NCBI GenBank assembly: GCA_965213705.1
Contig: OZ243913.1
Location: 2,848,001 to 2,912,000 of the forward strand
Length of the DNA stretch: 64,000 nt
Origin: Trueperaceae bacterium
Lineage (GTDB): Bacteria; Deinococcota; Deinococci; Deinococcales; Trueperaceae
Direction of reading: 5' to 3'
Below the pieces are notes generated by a model. That model saw only the letters and a program-made list of their open reading frames with translations. It did not search any database and had not been told where the DNA came from. Positions 49,135 to 59,262 of this stretch are shown piece by piece; the first letter of the stretch is position 1, and the number at the start of each line of letters is the position of its first letter. The position numbers and the translations under genes were made by a program.

Positions 49135-51903
49135 CTAGCCCGTGTTCCGCATCCCCGCCGCCACGCCCAGCAAACTCACCCGTACCGCGTAGTCCAGGCC
49201 GACGCGTTCCTCGCTCTCTTCGGGCAGGCTGCGCAAGCGTTTCAGCAGTTCGACCTGGAGGTAAGAAATCGGGTCGACGTAAGGGTTGCGCAGTTCGATG
49301 GCTCGAGCCAACGTCGCGTCGTGCTCCAACAACTTCGAGCCCGTCGCCCGCTCAACTTGACGCAGGCTTAACTCGTACTCGTCACGGATAAGCGGCCAGA
49401 AGGTGTCGCGCAGGTCTTGAGGCACAAGCTCTAAATAAGTTTCGAAAATCCCCAAGTCCGCCTTGGCGAGACTCATTTGCGCAAAGTCCAGGACGGTTTT
49501 GAAAAAGGGCCAGGTCTCGTACATTTCGGTGACCGTTTCGTCGTCCAGCAGGCTCAAACCCGTGCCTATTCCGAACCAGCCCGGCAGGTTGGCGCGGCAC
49601 TGCGTCCAGGAGAACACCCAGGGAATCGCGCGCAGGTTCTGGAGCGACTTTTCGCCCTTGCGCCGCGCCGGGCGCGAACCGATGTCGAGGCGGCTGATTT
49701 CTTCGATGGGCGTGACCGCGTGGTAGAAGTCTAAAAAACCGTCGTGCTCGAGCAAACCCCGGTACTGCGCCTGCGCGGCCTCGCTGGCGCGCTCCAGCGC
49801 CTCGCGGTAGCGCTTCTTGAGGGGCGGCAACTCGCGCTCGTCTCGAGCCGACGACAAGATAAAGGCGTAAGCAACCTGCTCTAAGTGCCGGTGCGCCAGG
49901 TCGGGGTCGGCGTAGCGCTCGGACAGGGCTTCGCCCTGCTCGGTCAGTCGCATCCGGCCGCCGAGCGAGCCCGGCGGCTGCGCTAAAATCGCCTGTCCGC
50001 TCGGGCCGCCGCCCCGCCCGATGCTGGTGCCACGCCCGTGGAACAGCCGCAGCGGCACGCCCGCCGCGCGGCACACCGCGGCGATGCTCGCTTGCGCCTC
50101 GTAGAGCGCCCAGTTCGCCGCCAAAAAGCCGACGTCTTTGTTCGAGTCCGAGTAACCTATCATCACCTCCTGCACGCCGCGCCGCTCGACGTGGGCGCGG
50201 TAAGCGGGCAGCGCGAACAGGCGCTCCAGCACCGCCGGAGCATTGACCAAATCCTCACCCGTTTCGAACAGCGGCGTGGGGTCGATGTCGCTCAACCCGG
50301 CTTGTTTGGCGAGCACCAAGGGTTCCAACACGTCCGAAGCGCCCTCGGTCATCGAAACCACGTAGCCGCCGGTCGCACCCGTGCCGAATTTTTGCTGCAC
50401 GCGCTTGAACACGCGCAAAAAAGCCAGGGCGCGGGTCGTCTCTTCGGCCAGGGGCGCGTCGGGTGGGGCGAGGGGCCGTTTCGAGGTCAGTTCTTCGGCG
50501 AGGAGCGCGACGCGTTCGTCCTCATCCAGACTCGCGTAACTGTTGGTCACACCTGCGTACTCGAGCAGGTCGGCGACGGCGCGTTCGTGAACCTGCGAGT
50601 GCTCGCGGAGGTCGAGCGCGGCGAGTTCGAAGCCGAAGGCGGCCGCGCGGTAGCGGGCGGGCCTTACAAAGGCGCGCGCCGCTCGAGCACCCTGACCGCG
50701 GCGCAGCGTCGCCTCGACGAGGCCCAAGTCCTCCAGGTAGCCCTGCGTGTTGCCGGGATAGCCCGCGTCGGGCGCGCTCGCGTCGGCGGGCAACGCCTCA
50801 CTCGCCTCGGCGTTCAGGGCGCGGTGCATAAAGAGGAGTTTTTGCCGGTAGGGCTCGCCGCCGAAACGGTCGGGCAGCCCTTGCTGTTTGAAAAGCGTTT
50901 GTAAGTCGTCGCGAAAAGAGCGCGTCAGACTCACGCGCTCCTCCCACTGCGACAGGCGCTGGACCAGCAGGTCGAGGTCGGCGCGGTAGGTCTCGAGCGC
51001 CAGTTCGGACTGGAGTTCGTAGGCCGCGACGGTGACTTCCGGCGTGACGAACGGGTTGCCGTCGCGGTCACCGCCTATCCAGGAGCGGAACTTGACCACG
51101 GGCGGCAGCGGCGCTTCAGCTCCGGCAGTTGCGCCGAAGTAGGTCTCGAGCGCACTCTCCAGGTCGAGCATAAGTCGCGGCACGGCTTCCAACAGCGAGC
51201 GCCGGTAGTAGTAGAGCGCGCTCTTGACCTCGTCCAAGACGGTCGGCTTTTCGGAGAACAGCTCGCGCGTTTGCCACAGGGTGGCGATTTCGGCGAAGAT
51301 TTCCTCGGTCAACAGCGCGCTCGCCTGCGGCGACAGCACCCGTTCGCCCAGTAGCCGCAACGCTTCGGCGATGCGCTCGAGCTTCAGCCGCACCGTGTAG
51401 CGCTTAACCTCGGTCGGGTGAGCGGTGAGGGTGAGCTGGATGTCCAACTTTTCGACGAAACGCCGCACCTCGGCGCGCGACCAACCCTCGTCCAGAAGCG
51501 ACTTCAAGGCCGCCGCGACCGACTCGCTGCGCGGCGCGTCCACGCTCGCCGCGCCCTCGCGCAGGCGGTTGACCCGCACCCGGTGAATCTCCTCGGCTAG
51601 GTTGATGAGCTGAAAGTACACCGTAAAGGCGCGCAGCACCCGCTCGGCCGTCGCCAGACTGAGGCCCTCCAGGAGCGTTTTGAGTTCCGCGCCGAGGGCG
51701 GGGTCGGCGTGGGCGCGGATGTTTTTGGTCAGCGCGCGCACCCGCTCGACGAGTTCGAACACCCGCTCGCCCTCCAACTCGGTGATGACCGTGCCCAGGG
51801 CGCTGCCTAAAAAGTCGACGTCGGCCCGCAGCTTGTCGAAAGCCTCGTCGTAGTTGGTGGTTGGTTGTGCATTTGAGACAGGTTTCAGTGGCACAGTCGT
51901 CAA
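49135..51903 (-). CDS. ppc: Phosphoenolpyruvate carboxylase
   Basis: LTAHPTE, SWIGGDRDGNP, VMIGYSDSNKD, FHGRG, LRAIPWVFSWTQ, GMRNTG. Confidence 0.97.
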   Translation of the reverse strand: MTTVPLKPVSNAQPTTNYDEAFDKLRADVDFLGSALGTVITELEGERVFELVERVRALTKNIRAHADPALGAELKTLLEGLSLATAERVLRAFTVYFQLINLAEEIHRVRVNRLREGAASVDAPRSESVAAALKSLLDEGWSRAEVRRFVEKLDIQLTLTAHPTEVKRYTVRLKLERIAEALRLLGERVLSPQASALLTEEIFAEIATLWQTRELFSEKPTVLDEVKSALYYYRRSLLEAVPRLMLDLESALETYFGATAGAEAPLPPVVKFRSWIGGDRDGNPFVTPEVTVAAYELQSELALETYRADLDLLVQRLSQWEERVSLTRSFRDDLQTLFKQQGLPDRFGGEPYRQKLLFMHRALNAEASEALPADASAPDAGYPGNTQGYLEDLGLVEATLRRGQGARAARAFVRPARYRAAAFGFELAALDLREHSQVHERAVADLLEYAGVTNSYASLDEDERVALLAEELTSKRPLAPPDAPLAEETTRALAFLRVFKRVQQKFGTGATGGYVVSMTEGASDVLEPLVLAKQAGLSDIDPTPLFETGEDLVNAPAVLERLFALPAYRAHVERRGVQEVMIGYSDSNKDVGFLAANWALYEAQASIAAVCRAAGVPLRLFHGRGTSIGRGGGPSGQAILAQPPGSLGGRMRLTEQGEALSERYADPDLAHRHLEQVAYAFILSSARDERELPPLKKRYREALERASEAAQAQYRGLLEHDGFLDFYHAVTPIEEISRLDIGSRPARRKGEKSLQNLRAIPWVFSWTQCRANLPGWFGIGTGLSLLDDETVTEMYETWPFFKTVLDFAQMSLAKADLGIFETYLELVPQDLRDTFWPLIRDEYELSLRQVERATGSKLLEHDATLARAIELRNPYVDPISYLQVELLKRLRSLPEESEERVGLDYAVRVSLLGVAAGMRNTG

Positions 51904-52086
51904 CTCCCGTGGGACTAGGTTCGTGGCTGGCAGGGTCGAAGCGTTTGTCTATCGAGACAAAGGGCGAATACCGCTTCCGCTAGCGAAGTATACCGTCGCA
52001 CAAGGCTCGAGTCACAAAATTTCGGGGCTCACCTTGCGCTCGGCCGCGCCAGGTTTCTTTCCAGGCGTAAAGTTATCATTAGGTCG

Positions 52087-53451
52087 GTGATTACCCGCCC
52101 AGCAGCCATCAAAGCCGTGACCAAAGCAACCTGGCGCGGCTTGTACTCGCTCTGTTTGTGCAGCCTGATTTGCGGCTTGCCCGTTTACGGCGCGTCGTTC
52201 AGCGATTTGGCGGAGAGTTCGTTCCCCGAAGCGGTCCGCGTGTCGGCTGGTGCCGGTTTGATAACCGGTTACCCGGACGGGACGTTCAAACCCTCCCTGA
52301 CGGTGACGCGCGCCGAACTCGTCGCTACCGCCCTGCGGTTGGCGGGCGACGCAGCTACTGACAAGGTCGCGACGGACTCGAGCTGTTTCGAAGACGTCAA
52401 ACCGAACGCCTGGTACGCAGGCGCGGTGTGTCTTGCTAAGACACGCGGTTTCGTCAGCGGCGTGACCGCAACGCGCTTCGAGCCCGAAGCGCCCGTGAGC
52501 ACCGCGCAGGCCCTCAAAATCTTGCTGCTGGCGAACAAGTCGGCACTCGAGCCTGAGACGCCCGGCTCGCCCTGGTACGCCCACTACTATCGGCGGGCCG
52601 AAACGCTCGGCTTGAGCGTGTCCCCGGCTCGAAGCGCCCCCCTGACGCGGGACGAGTTGGCCCAGCTTCTCTTCTCGCTGCTGAGAACGAAAGCTATTTT
52701 CCAAGACAGGGTGCTGCCCTCGAGCGGCTGTGGCAGAGAGAGCCCGCTGCCCGACACACTTACCGTCAGCGGAGTAGAGCGCAACTTCATCGTTTCAGAC
52801 GCAAACGATAGGTCTACCCCGCAACGCCTCGTTTTCGCCTTTCACGGCCGCACGAGTTCGAACACCCAGGTGCGCCGCTACTATGGGCTCGAGCCCGCGC
52901 CCGACACGGTTTTCATTTATCCGAGCGGCTTGCCCGAGGGCGGGGGGTTTTCTTGGGCCGACGCCGAAGGTGCGCCGGACTACGCCCTGTTCGACGCGCT
53001 GCTCGACGCGTTCGCGCGCGAAACGTGTGTCGACCTGGCCCGCGTGTTCGTCGTCGGCCACTCGCTCGGGGCGTCGTTCGCCAACAGTTTGGGGTGCGCT
53101 CGAGGCGACCGCGTTCGGGGGGTCGGCAGTTTGGGTGGCGGCATCACGGCGGAGGGGTGTCGGGGCAAGGTTGCGGCAATAGTGTTTCACAACCCGGCCG
53201 ACCGGCTCGTCCCGTTCGGCGAGGGCGAGCACGTTCGCGACGAGTTTTTAGCGCAGAACGGGCTCAGTGGGCCAGCTCTAGCCACCGAGCCCGCCGCTTT
53301 CAACTGCGTGCGCTACGGTGAGGCCACTGAACACTTCCCCGTTAGCTGGTGCCCGCACACGTTCGACTACGCCTATGACGGAACGTATTACCCTCACAAC
53401 TGGCCGCGCGGCACCGGGCAAGTCATCATGACTTTCTTAAACGAGCTGTGA
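52087..53451 (+). CDS. S-layer homology (SLH) domains fused to an alpha/beta-hydrolase esterase (PHB depolymerase/LpqC-like)
   Basis: GYPDGTFKP..VTRAE, FEDV..NAWY, LTRDE SLH motifs; LVFAFHG, GHSLG nucleophile. Confidence 0.8.
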   Translation: MITRPAAIKAVTKATWRGLYSLCLCSLICGLPVYGASFSDLAESSFPEAVRVSAGAGLITGYPDGTFKPSLTVTRAELVATALRLAGDAATDKVATDSSCFEDVKPNAWYAGAVCLAKTRGFVSGVTATRFEPEAPVSTAQALKILLLANKSALEPETPGSPWYAHYYRRAETLGLSVSPARSAPLTRDELAQLLFSLLRTKAIFQDRVLPSSGCGRESPLPDTLTVSGVERNFIVSDANDRSTPQRLVFAFHGRTSSNTQVRRYYGLEPAPDTVFIYPSGLPEGGGFSWADAEGAPDYALFDALLDAFARETCVDLARVFVVGHSLGASFANSLGCARGDRVRGVGSLGGGITAEGCRGKVAAIVFHNPADRLVPFGEGEHVRDEFLAQNGLSGPALATEPAAFNCVRYGEATEHFPVSWCPHTFDYAYDGTYYPHNWPRGTGQVIMTFLNEL

Positions 53452-53466
53452 AACGGGGGCTCGAGC

Positions 53467-54399
53467 CTACATTACCCGGTCGATAAACTCCCGGTTACGC
53501 ACCTCGACGGGCACGTCCATCAACTCCAAAACCCCCCGCGCCACGTGTTCGGACAGCCTGCGAAACGCCTCTTCGCCTTTTTCCTTCGTCGCCCGTTTCG
53601 GGTTGCCGATGACGCCGCTCTCGATAAACTCGTGGTGGTCCATCGGAAAGTTGAAGTAGCTATAACCCTCGAATTCAACGTCCGGCATCCCGTCTTTTTT
53701 GGCGAAGGTCTGCGGCAAAAACTCGGGGATGTGCGCTTTGGTGAACTCGGCCCGCTCCATCCGCACCGTGTCCGCGTTCCAGGCGAGGTCTTGCGAGGTC
53801 TCCAACTCCGAAGCGTGCCAACCCGGTGTTTCTTCGGGCGGGTTGTCCATCAGACCTTTCAAGATGCCCGTGTAACGCTCCATGTACGGCTTGACAAAGC
53901 CGACGAGTGCGCCCGTCTCGTAGCGCAGCTTGCGCAGCACCGGGTCGACCACTTTGATGTTCGAGCCGTGCCCGTTCACAAAGACGATGCGGTTGAAACC
54001 GTGATGGATGAGGCTCCGCGCCACGTCGTGCATGAGCCCTAACAGAGTGCTGCTCCGCACCGTAATGGTGCCGCGGCCCTCGCCGGGCTCGTGCATGTGC
54101 TGCGGCGAGTAGCCCATCCACAGGGGCGGCGTGTGCAGCACGGCGATGTGCTCGGCGACGCGCCTCGAGACTTCCACGGCCGTAATGGTGTCGGTGTAAA
54201 GCGGCAGGTGCGGGCCGTGCTGCTCTAAGCTCGCCATCGGCACGAGGATGAGGTCTTTGTGCTCGAGGTACGCACGTATATCCGTAAACGCCAAGTTACC
54301 GATGTCCCAGGACACGAACTGCTCGCGAAACGCCTCGTCGCCTTCGGTGAGGCGGGCGACACCCTGGACTTTGAGTTGGTCGCTGCTGCTTGAAATCAT
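53467..54399 (-). CDS. Creatininase family amidohydrolase
   Basis: EQHGPHLPLYTD, NGHGSN, WHASELETS. Confidence 0.88.
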   Translation of the reverse strand: MISSSSDQLKVQGVARLTEGDEAFREQFVSWDIGNLAFTDIRAYLEHKDLILVPMASLEQHGPHLPLYTDTITAVEVSRRVAEHIAVLHTPPLWMGYSPQHMHEPGEGRGTITVRSSTLLGLMHDVARSLIHHGFNRIVFVNGHGSNIKVVDPVLRKLRYETGALVGFVKPYMERYTGILKGLMDNPPEETPGWHASELETSQDLAWNADTVRMERAEFTKAHIPEFLPQTFAKKDGMPDVEFEGYSYFNFPMDHHEFIESGVIGNPKRATKEKGEEAFRRLSEHVARGVLELMDVPVEVRNREFIDRVM

Positions 54400-55622
54400 G
54401 CTCGCTCCTCCATCAAACGGATAAACAGGTTCGCCACCTCGACGCCGAACTCAGGCTCGTTGACGTGGCGCGGGGCGGTGTGAACCCGCACGTCGTCACG
54501 AAGCTCTTTTTGCAGGGTCTCGAGAAAAGCCGCGTCCGCCTCGGGGTTCCAAAAGGGGCCGTCGGGCACGTTGGGGATGGACAGGCCGCCCAAAGGCACG
54601 GCGACGGCGACCGAACCCTTAGCCGCGTTGAGCTTTTCGGCGAAGATATGGCCGAGTTGTACCATCTCCTCATGACTGGCGCGCACCAGGATGTATTCGG
54701 GGTTGTGGTCGTAGACGGGACGACCCTTTAGCTCTTCCGGCACCGTGCCGGTGTTCCACACGCTGAAGTCGATGCAGCCGGGCACCACGATTTGCGGCAG
54801 CCCCAATCGGCCAGCGATTTCCAAGCGCTCCGGCCCGCCGTCGTGGATGCCGCCGACGAGCGGGTCGTAGACTTCGTTGGTGGTGAAGTCGATGACGCCG
54901 ACGAACTGATTTTGAGTTGCCAACTCTTCCAGCGCCGGACCGCCGACGCCGTTGGAGTGGAAGATGACGGCCTCATAGCCCGCCTCGGACAAGCGCTCTT
55001 TGGCCGCCATGACCGCCTTAGTCGTATTGCCGAGCATCGTCATGGCGACGTAGCGCGTACTCGCTTCGGGGTCGGATAGCGTGTGGCCGTACGCGAGCAT
55101 TCCTTTCAGCGCCGCCGCCACGTTGTCGAACACGGTGCGGGCGACCGGGTTGAGGCCCAAAATGTCCACCACCGAATGCACGACCGTCATGTCTTTGGTG
55201 CCCACCAGCGGGCCGAAAAAGTGCCGACCCGAGGCGATGGGCGAGACGAGCACTTTCGGCACCCCGAAAGGCAACTCTTGCAGCGCCGCCGCGCCCATCA
55301 CCGCGCCCTCCGCGCCGCCCATGCTGACGGCAGCGTCGACTTTTCCCGCAGCGTAAAGCTCTGCCATTAGCTTCTGCAGCGCCGCGCGCATCCCCCGCAC
55401 CGCCTCGCCCCGGCTGCCCGCCCCACGTAGGGCCTCGAGGGTCGTGCCGCCGTACCCCGCCACCGCCCTGCGGTCGATGTCCGGCACAATCCCCAAAGGC
55501 TCCCCCAAAATGCCCGAATCGATAACGAGCGTGTCCAAGCCCAACGCCTGCAAGCGGTCGCGCAGGTAGGCGATTTCCGGCCCCTTGGTGTCGAGGGTGC
55601 CGATGACGGCGACGGTTTTCAT
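54396..55622 (-). CDS. Tm-1-like ATP-binding domain protein (UPF0261)
   Basis: IGTLDTKG, LPFGVPK, SVVDILGLN, TMLGNTT, FHSNGVGG, HNP. Confidence 0.88.
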   Translation of the reverse strand: MKTVAVIGTLDTKGPEIAYLRDRLQALGLDTLVIDSGILGEPLGIVPDIDRRAVAGYGGTTLEALRGAGSRGEAVRGMRAALQKLMAELYAAGKVDAAVSMGGAEGAVMGAAALQELPFGVPKVLVSPIASGRHFFGPLVGTKDMTVVHSVVDILGLNPVARTVFDNVAAALKGMLAYGHTLSDPEASTRYVAMTMLGNTTKAVMAAKERLSEAGYEAVIFHSNGVGGPALEELATQNQFVGVIDFTTNEVYDPLVGGIHDGGPERLEIAGRLGLPQIVVPGCIDFSVWNTGTVPEELKGRPVYDHNPEYILVRASHEEMVQLGHIFAEKLNAAKGSVAVAVPLGGLSIPNVPDGPFWNPEADAAFLETLQKELRDDVRVHTAPRHVNEPEFGVEVANLFIRLMEERA

Positions 55623-55707
55623 TGGCTCACTTTCTAAGCTTCAGTTGACGTTGGAAAATACAGAGGAGAAAGAGAGAAAAGGTCTCCCCATCTCCTCCAC
55701 CCCCATC

Positions 55708-56595
55708 TCACTTAATCAGGGGCAACAGCGTCTTGGCCGTCTCCTCGACGAGCCAGCTGTAAAACTCCTCGGACAACACGCCGCTGCCGTGGTCTTCGAT
55801 GAACTTGAGCTGCTCGGCGGTCAACTCTTTTTCGGCGGAGGCGGTGGCGTTTTTGTACGGGTTGGCCGGGGTGCGGTCTAAAGGCGCGACAAACTCGACG
55901 GTTAAAGCGCCGTCGTAGCCGACTTCTTTGAGAGTGTTGATGATTTTCGGCCACTCGAGCGCGCCCATGCCGCAGGCCATGCGGTTGTTGTCGGCGACGT
56001 GAAAGTCGTAAATTTTGTCGCCGGTGTCGCGGATGGCCTGATAAAGGTCGGCCTCTTCCATATTCATGTGATAAGCGTCGAGGCAAACGCCACAGTCCGG
56101 GCCGACCGCGTTGGCAAGTGCCAGCGCCTGGTCGTGGCGGCTGATGAAGTTCGTCTCGAAGCGGTTCAAGGGTTCCACCGCGACGCAAACGCCCTCTTTT
56201 TGCGCGTGGTCGTAGACCTCTTTCAAACCCGCGACGGCCCAATCCCACTCGATTTCGGGGTCGGCTTGAGCGTTCACCTTGCCGACTTCGGACGGGACGA
56301 TGCTCATGACAGTGCCGTCGAGTTCTTTGACAAAGGTGACGCAGTCTTTGAGGTACTTGACCGTCTTCTCGCGCCCGGCCTCGTCGGCTTGAATGAGGTC
56401 TAAGCCGGTGAACATGAGGCTGATAGCGCCCCAACAGCGCAAACCGTTGTCTTTGAGAAGCTTGTGAACCTCTTTGGTATCGTACTTGTCGGGCTCGCCG
56501 CCGATTTCGATGCTCTCGTAACCGTACTTAGCGAGGCGGCGAATCGTGACCTCGAGCGGTTCGGCGCGCATCCAGTTGTGCATGGACAGGTGCAT
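55708..56595 (-). CDS. Sugar phosphate isomerase/epimerase (D-psicose/D-tagatose 3-epimerase-like)
   Basis: EPLNRFE, LDAYHMNMEE, HVADNNR, LTVEF. Confidence 0.88.
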   Translation of the reverse strand: MHLSMHNWMRAEPLEVTIRRLAKYGYESIEIGGEPDKYDTKEVHKLLKDNGLRCWGAISLMFTGLDLIQADEAGREKTVKYLKDCVTFVKELDGTVMSIVPSEVGKVNAQADPEIEWDWAVAGLKEVYDHAQKEGVCVAVEPLNRFETNFISRHDQALALANAVGPDCGVCLDAYHMNMEEADLYQAIRDTGDKIYDFHVADNNRMACGMGALEWPKIINTLKEVGYDGALTVEFVAPLDRTPANPYKNATASAEKELTAEQLKFIEDHGSGVLSEEFYSWLVEETAKTLLPLIK

Positions 56596-56718
56596 TTCTT
56601 ACCTCCTGGGAAAAGAGAAGCGTCGTTCGTTGTTCGTGATTCGTAAAAGCTCGTCCACCTCTGAAAAAGGGTAAATATTGGATAAAGACAAGTCGAAGTA
56701 TCGAATCCAAAGGGCCTC

Positions 56719-57822
56719 CTAAAGGGCCAAGTGTTCAGCCAAGAGTTCGTACAAACCCCGCACCTCGAGCCCGAATTCACCCGCGAAGCGCTGTAATTGA
56801 AACAGCGTGCCGGGGTCTTCGGTGACAAGTCTTTCAGCGCCTCGACTTTTGGCGTCGGCAAGCCGCGCTTTCGTCAGCAGGTCGGCTAAGTCCGGGCGGG
56901 CGAACTGCAACGAGGTGCTGCCGACCGGGTGCGCGCGCTCGCGCCGCCAGAACAGCTCGAGCGGTTCATTCGGCAACACGGCACTGAGCAACCGGCGCGG
57001 TGCGGCAAAGCGACCGGGCATCCGCACGGCGTGTGAGGGGTCTACATAGGCGGTGGGGACGGCGGCGTCGGAACGTGCGAACCCCAGCCGCCCCGCCGCG
57101 CGCGCGTCGTCTAAGAGACTCACGACCTCGAGCACCTCCACATCCGGCCAAGTAACGTCCAAGCGTTCGGGGTAAAGCTGCTTGAAGGTGAAAGCGTCGC
57201 CCGGCGACAAGACGAGCAGTTGCCGCGCGCTCGCCGCGGCCAGTTCTTCGAGGTGGGCTCGAGCCTGAGCTTGCGCCGTCTCGGGAAAGCCGAGTGAAGA
57301 GGCCAAATAGCCGCTGCTGCGCCCGCGCCCGATGAGGACGGGGCGAATTCCGGCGGTCTCTAACAACTTCAGCGCGGCCTCTAAAGCGCTCGGCCGGAGG
57401 TGAGGAGCTTCGTCACCGACGAACAGCGCGACCTCACCTTGCTCCCTATCTTGCTGTGTCGTCGGCGCAGGTGCGGCGTTGCCCCAGGGCGAGTGCTGGC
57501 GCTGCAATTTTTCGTGAACGTCGTAGACACTTTTGGGCGCTAAGCCCTGCGCGGTAAGCTCGGCGCGCACGGCGGCGACGGCGGCGGGCAGCGGCTGGTC
57601 GGTAACGCAGTGGGCGCGGGAGTTGCCGCCGTCGGGGTCGCTGTAGACGACGTTGACGGTCTCCTCGTTCCACTCGGTCAGCCCGCGCCGCTGCGAGGCG
57701 ATGGTGAGGGCGACGCCATGCGGGGTGAGGGTTTCGTTTTTGGTCAGGACACCAATCGGCGCGACGTGCCGACACATGAGGCAGTAGCGGCAATTATTGA
57801 TAGTGGCCTCGGCGGCTATCAC
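56719..57822 (-). CDS. Fe-S oxidoreductase subunit (GlpC/HdrD-like), degenerate
   Basis: CRYCLMCRHVAP; remaining Cys motifs appear substituted. Confidence 0.65.
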   Translation of the reverse strand: MIAAEATINNCRYCLMCRHVAPIGVLTKNETLTPHGVALTIASQRRGLTEWNEETVNVVYSDPDGGNSRAHCVTDQPLPAAVAAVRAELTAQGLAPKSVYDVHEKLQRQHSPWGNAAPAPTTQQDREQGEVALFVGDEAPHLRPSALEAALKLLETAGIRPVLIGRGRSSGYLASSLGFPETAQAQARAHLEELAAASARQLLVLSPGDAFTFKQLYPERLDVTWPDVEVLEVVSLLDDARAAGRLGFARSDAAVPTAYVDPSHAVRMPGRFAAPRRLLSAVLPNEPLELFWRRERAHPVGSTSLQFARPDLADLLTKARLADAKSRGAERLVTEDPGTLFQLQRFAGEFGLEVRGLYELLAEHLAL

Positions 57823-59252
57823 GAACCGAAACCGACCTTGCCGGGGTTCATGATGTGGTTCGGGTCAATGGCGTGTTTTAGGGTCTCGAGCAGCGGCCAC
57901 GCCGAGCCGTACTGCCGCCGCATAAAGCGCGATAATTTGAGCCCGACGCCGTGGTGCTCGTTGACCATGCCGCCGTTGTCCAACACCGCCGTCATCGCCG
58001 TATTCCAGACCCGGTTGTGGAGCAGCAGCGCCTCATGCGGGTCCTCGGGCGGGTTTTTGATGATGAAGCGGCTGTAAAGGCCCGCCCCCCAGTGAAACCA
58101 GTGCGAAAAGTGGCCGATAAAGTCGATGTCCCAGTCTGAAAAGGCGCGCTCGACGGCCTCTTTTTCGGCGTGGTAAATCTGTTCGATGTTCGCAAACGTG
58201 CCGACCGTCTCGGTGGTACCGTACATCCAGGGAAAATGCAAACCCTTGGGCGGATAATAAAAGTCGTAGCGGTGCTCCCACCAGGCTTCGCCGGGCTCGC
58301 GGCCCAGGTCTTGCGCGCCCAAAGACTCACAAATGTCGAGCGCCTTTTGCTCTTGCAAGGCGGCGATGTCCGCGTCGCCGTCGAAACCGAGCACCATGTA
58401 CGCGCCCTCGTACTCGTACCCCAACACCCGCTTGACCTGCGTGACGGTCGATTTCGGGTCGTACAGTCGAATCACCGTGGGCGAAAGCCGCCGCGTCATT
58501 ATCAGTCGCCCGGCCTCTATAGCGCTTCCCAAATCGCCGAACAGCACCGCTCGGAAAAGCCTCGTTTCGGGCGGGTAGTCAACCTGCATGGTCGCCTCGG
58601 TGATGACGCCGAACGTTCCTTCCGACCCTAAGAAAAGCCGGTAAAAGTCGGGACCGGCGGCGTGGCTCGGGATTTGGGGCGTGCGGAGGATGTGGCCGTT
58701 CGGCAACACGACTTCCATCCCCAAAACGAGGTCTTCGGCCTTGCCGTACTTGGTACTGACCGTGCCCGAGCCGCGCGGGGCGAGGTAGCCGCCCAAGGTC
58801 GCGCAGTTCGCTGAGGCCGGGTAGTGGGGCAGCGTGAGGCCGCGCTCGTTCAGCGCCCACTCGAGCTGCGTCCCGTTGATGCCCGCTTGCGCCGTGACGG
58901 TCAGGGAAGATTCGTCGATGTCGAGAATCTTATCCAGGCGCTTGGTGTCCAAAATAATCCCGCCGAAGGTCGGCAGCGCTCCGCCCTGCGAGCCCGAGCC
59001 GCCGCCCCAGGGCACGACCGGCACCCGGTAGGCGTTGGCAATTTTGAGGATTTCAGAGATTTCTTGCGCCGAGCCGGGGTGGACGATGTAGTCGGGCTCA
59101 CGCAAACGTTCGCCCCGGTCGAGCCACATCTGCGGCAGCCAGAACCAGTCGGTCGAGTAGACGAGCTTGTCGGCGGCTTGGCTCGAGATGAAGTCCGCGC
59201 CGACGATTTCCTCTAACTCGCTGTAGAGCATTCCACTTTGGATTCCCGTCAT
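57819..59252 (-). CDS. FAD-binding oxidoreductase (alkyl-DHAP synthase/GlcD family)
   Basis: PWGGGSG, ATLGGYLA, GSEGTFGVIT, HFSH, EHHGVG, MNPGK. Confidence 0.88.
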   Translation of the reverse strand: MTGIQSGMLYSELEEIVGADFISSQAADKLVYSTDWFWLPQMWLDRGERLREPDYIVHPGSAQEISEILKIANAYRVPVVPWGGGSGSQGGALPTFGGIILDTKRLDKILDIDESSLTVTAQAGINGTQLEWALNERGLTLPHYPASANCATLGGYLAPRGSGTVSTKYGKAEDLVLGMEVVLPNGHILRTPQIPSHAAGPDFYRLFLGSEGTFGVITEATMQVDYPPETRLFRAVLFGDLGSAIEAGRLIMTRRLSPTVIRLYDPKSTVTQVKRVLGYEYEGAYMVLGFDGDADIAALQEQKALDICESLGAQDLGREPGEAWWEHRYDFYYPPKGLHFPWMYGTTETVGTFANIEQIYHAEKEAVERAFSDWDIDFIGHFSHWFHWGAGLYSRFIIKNPPEDPHEALLLHNRVWNTAMTAVLDNGGMVNEHHGVGLKLSRFMRRQYGSAWPLLETLKHAIDPNHIMNPGKVGFGS

Positions 59253-59262
59253 CCCGACCTCC

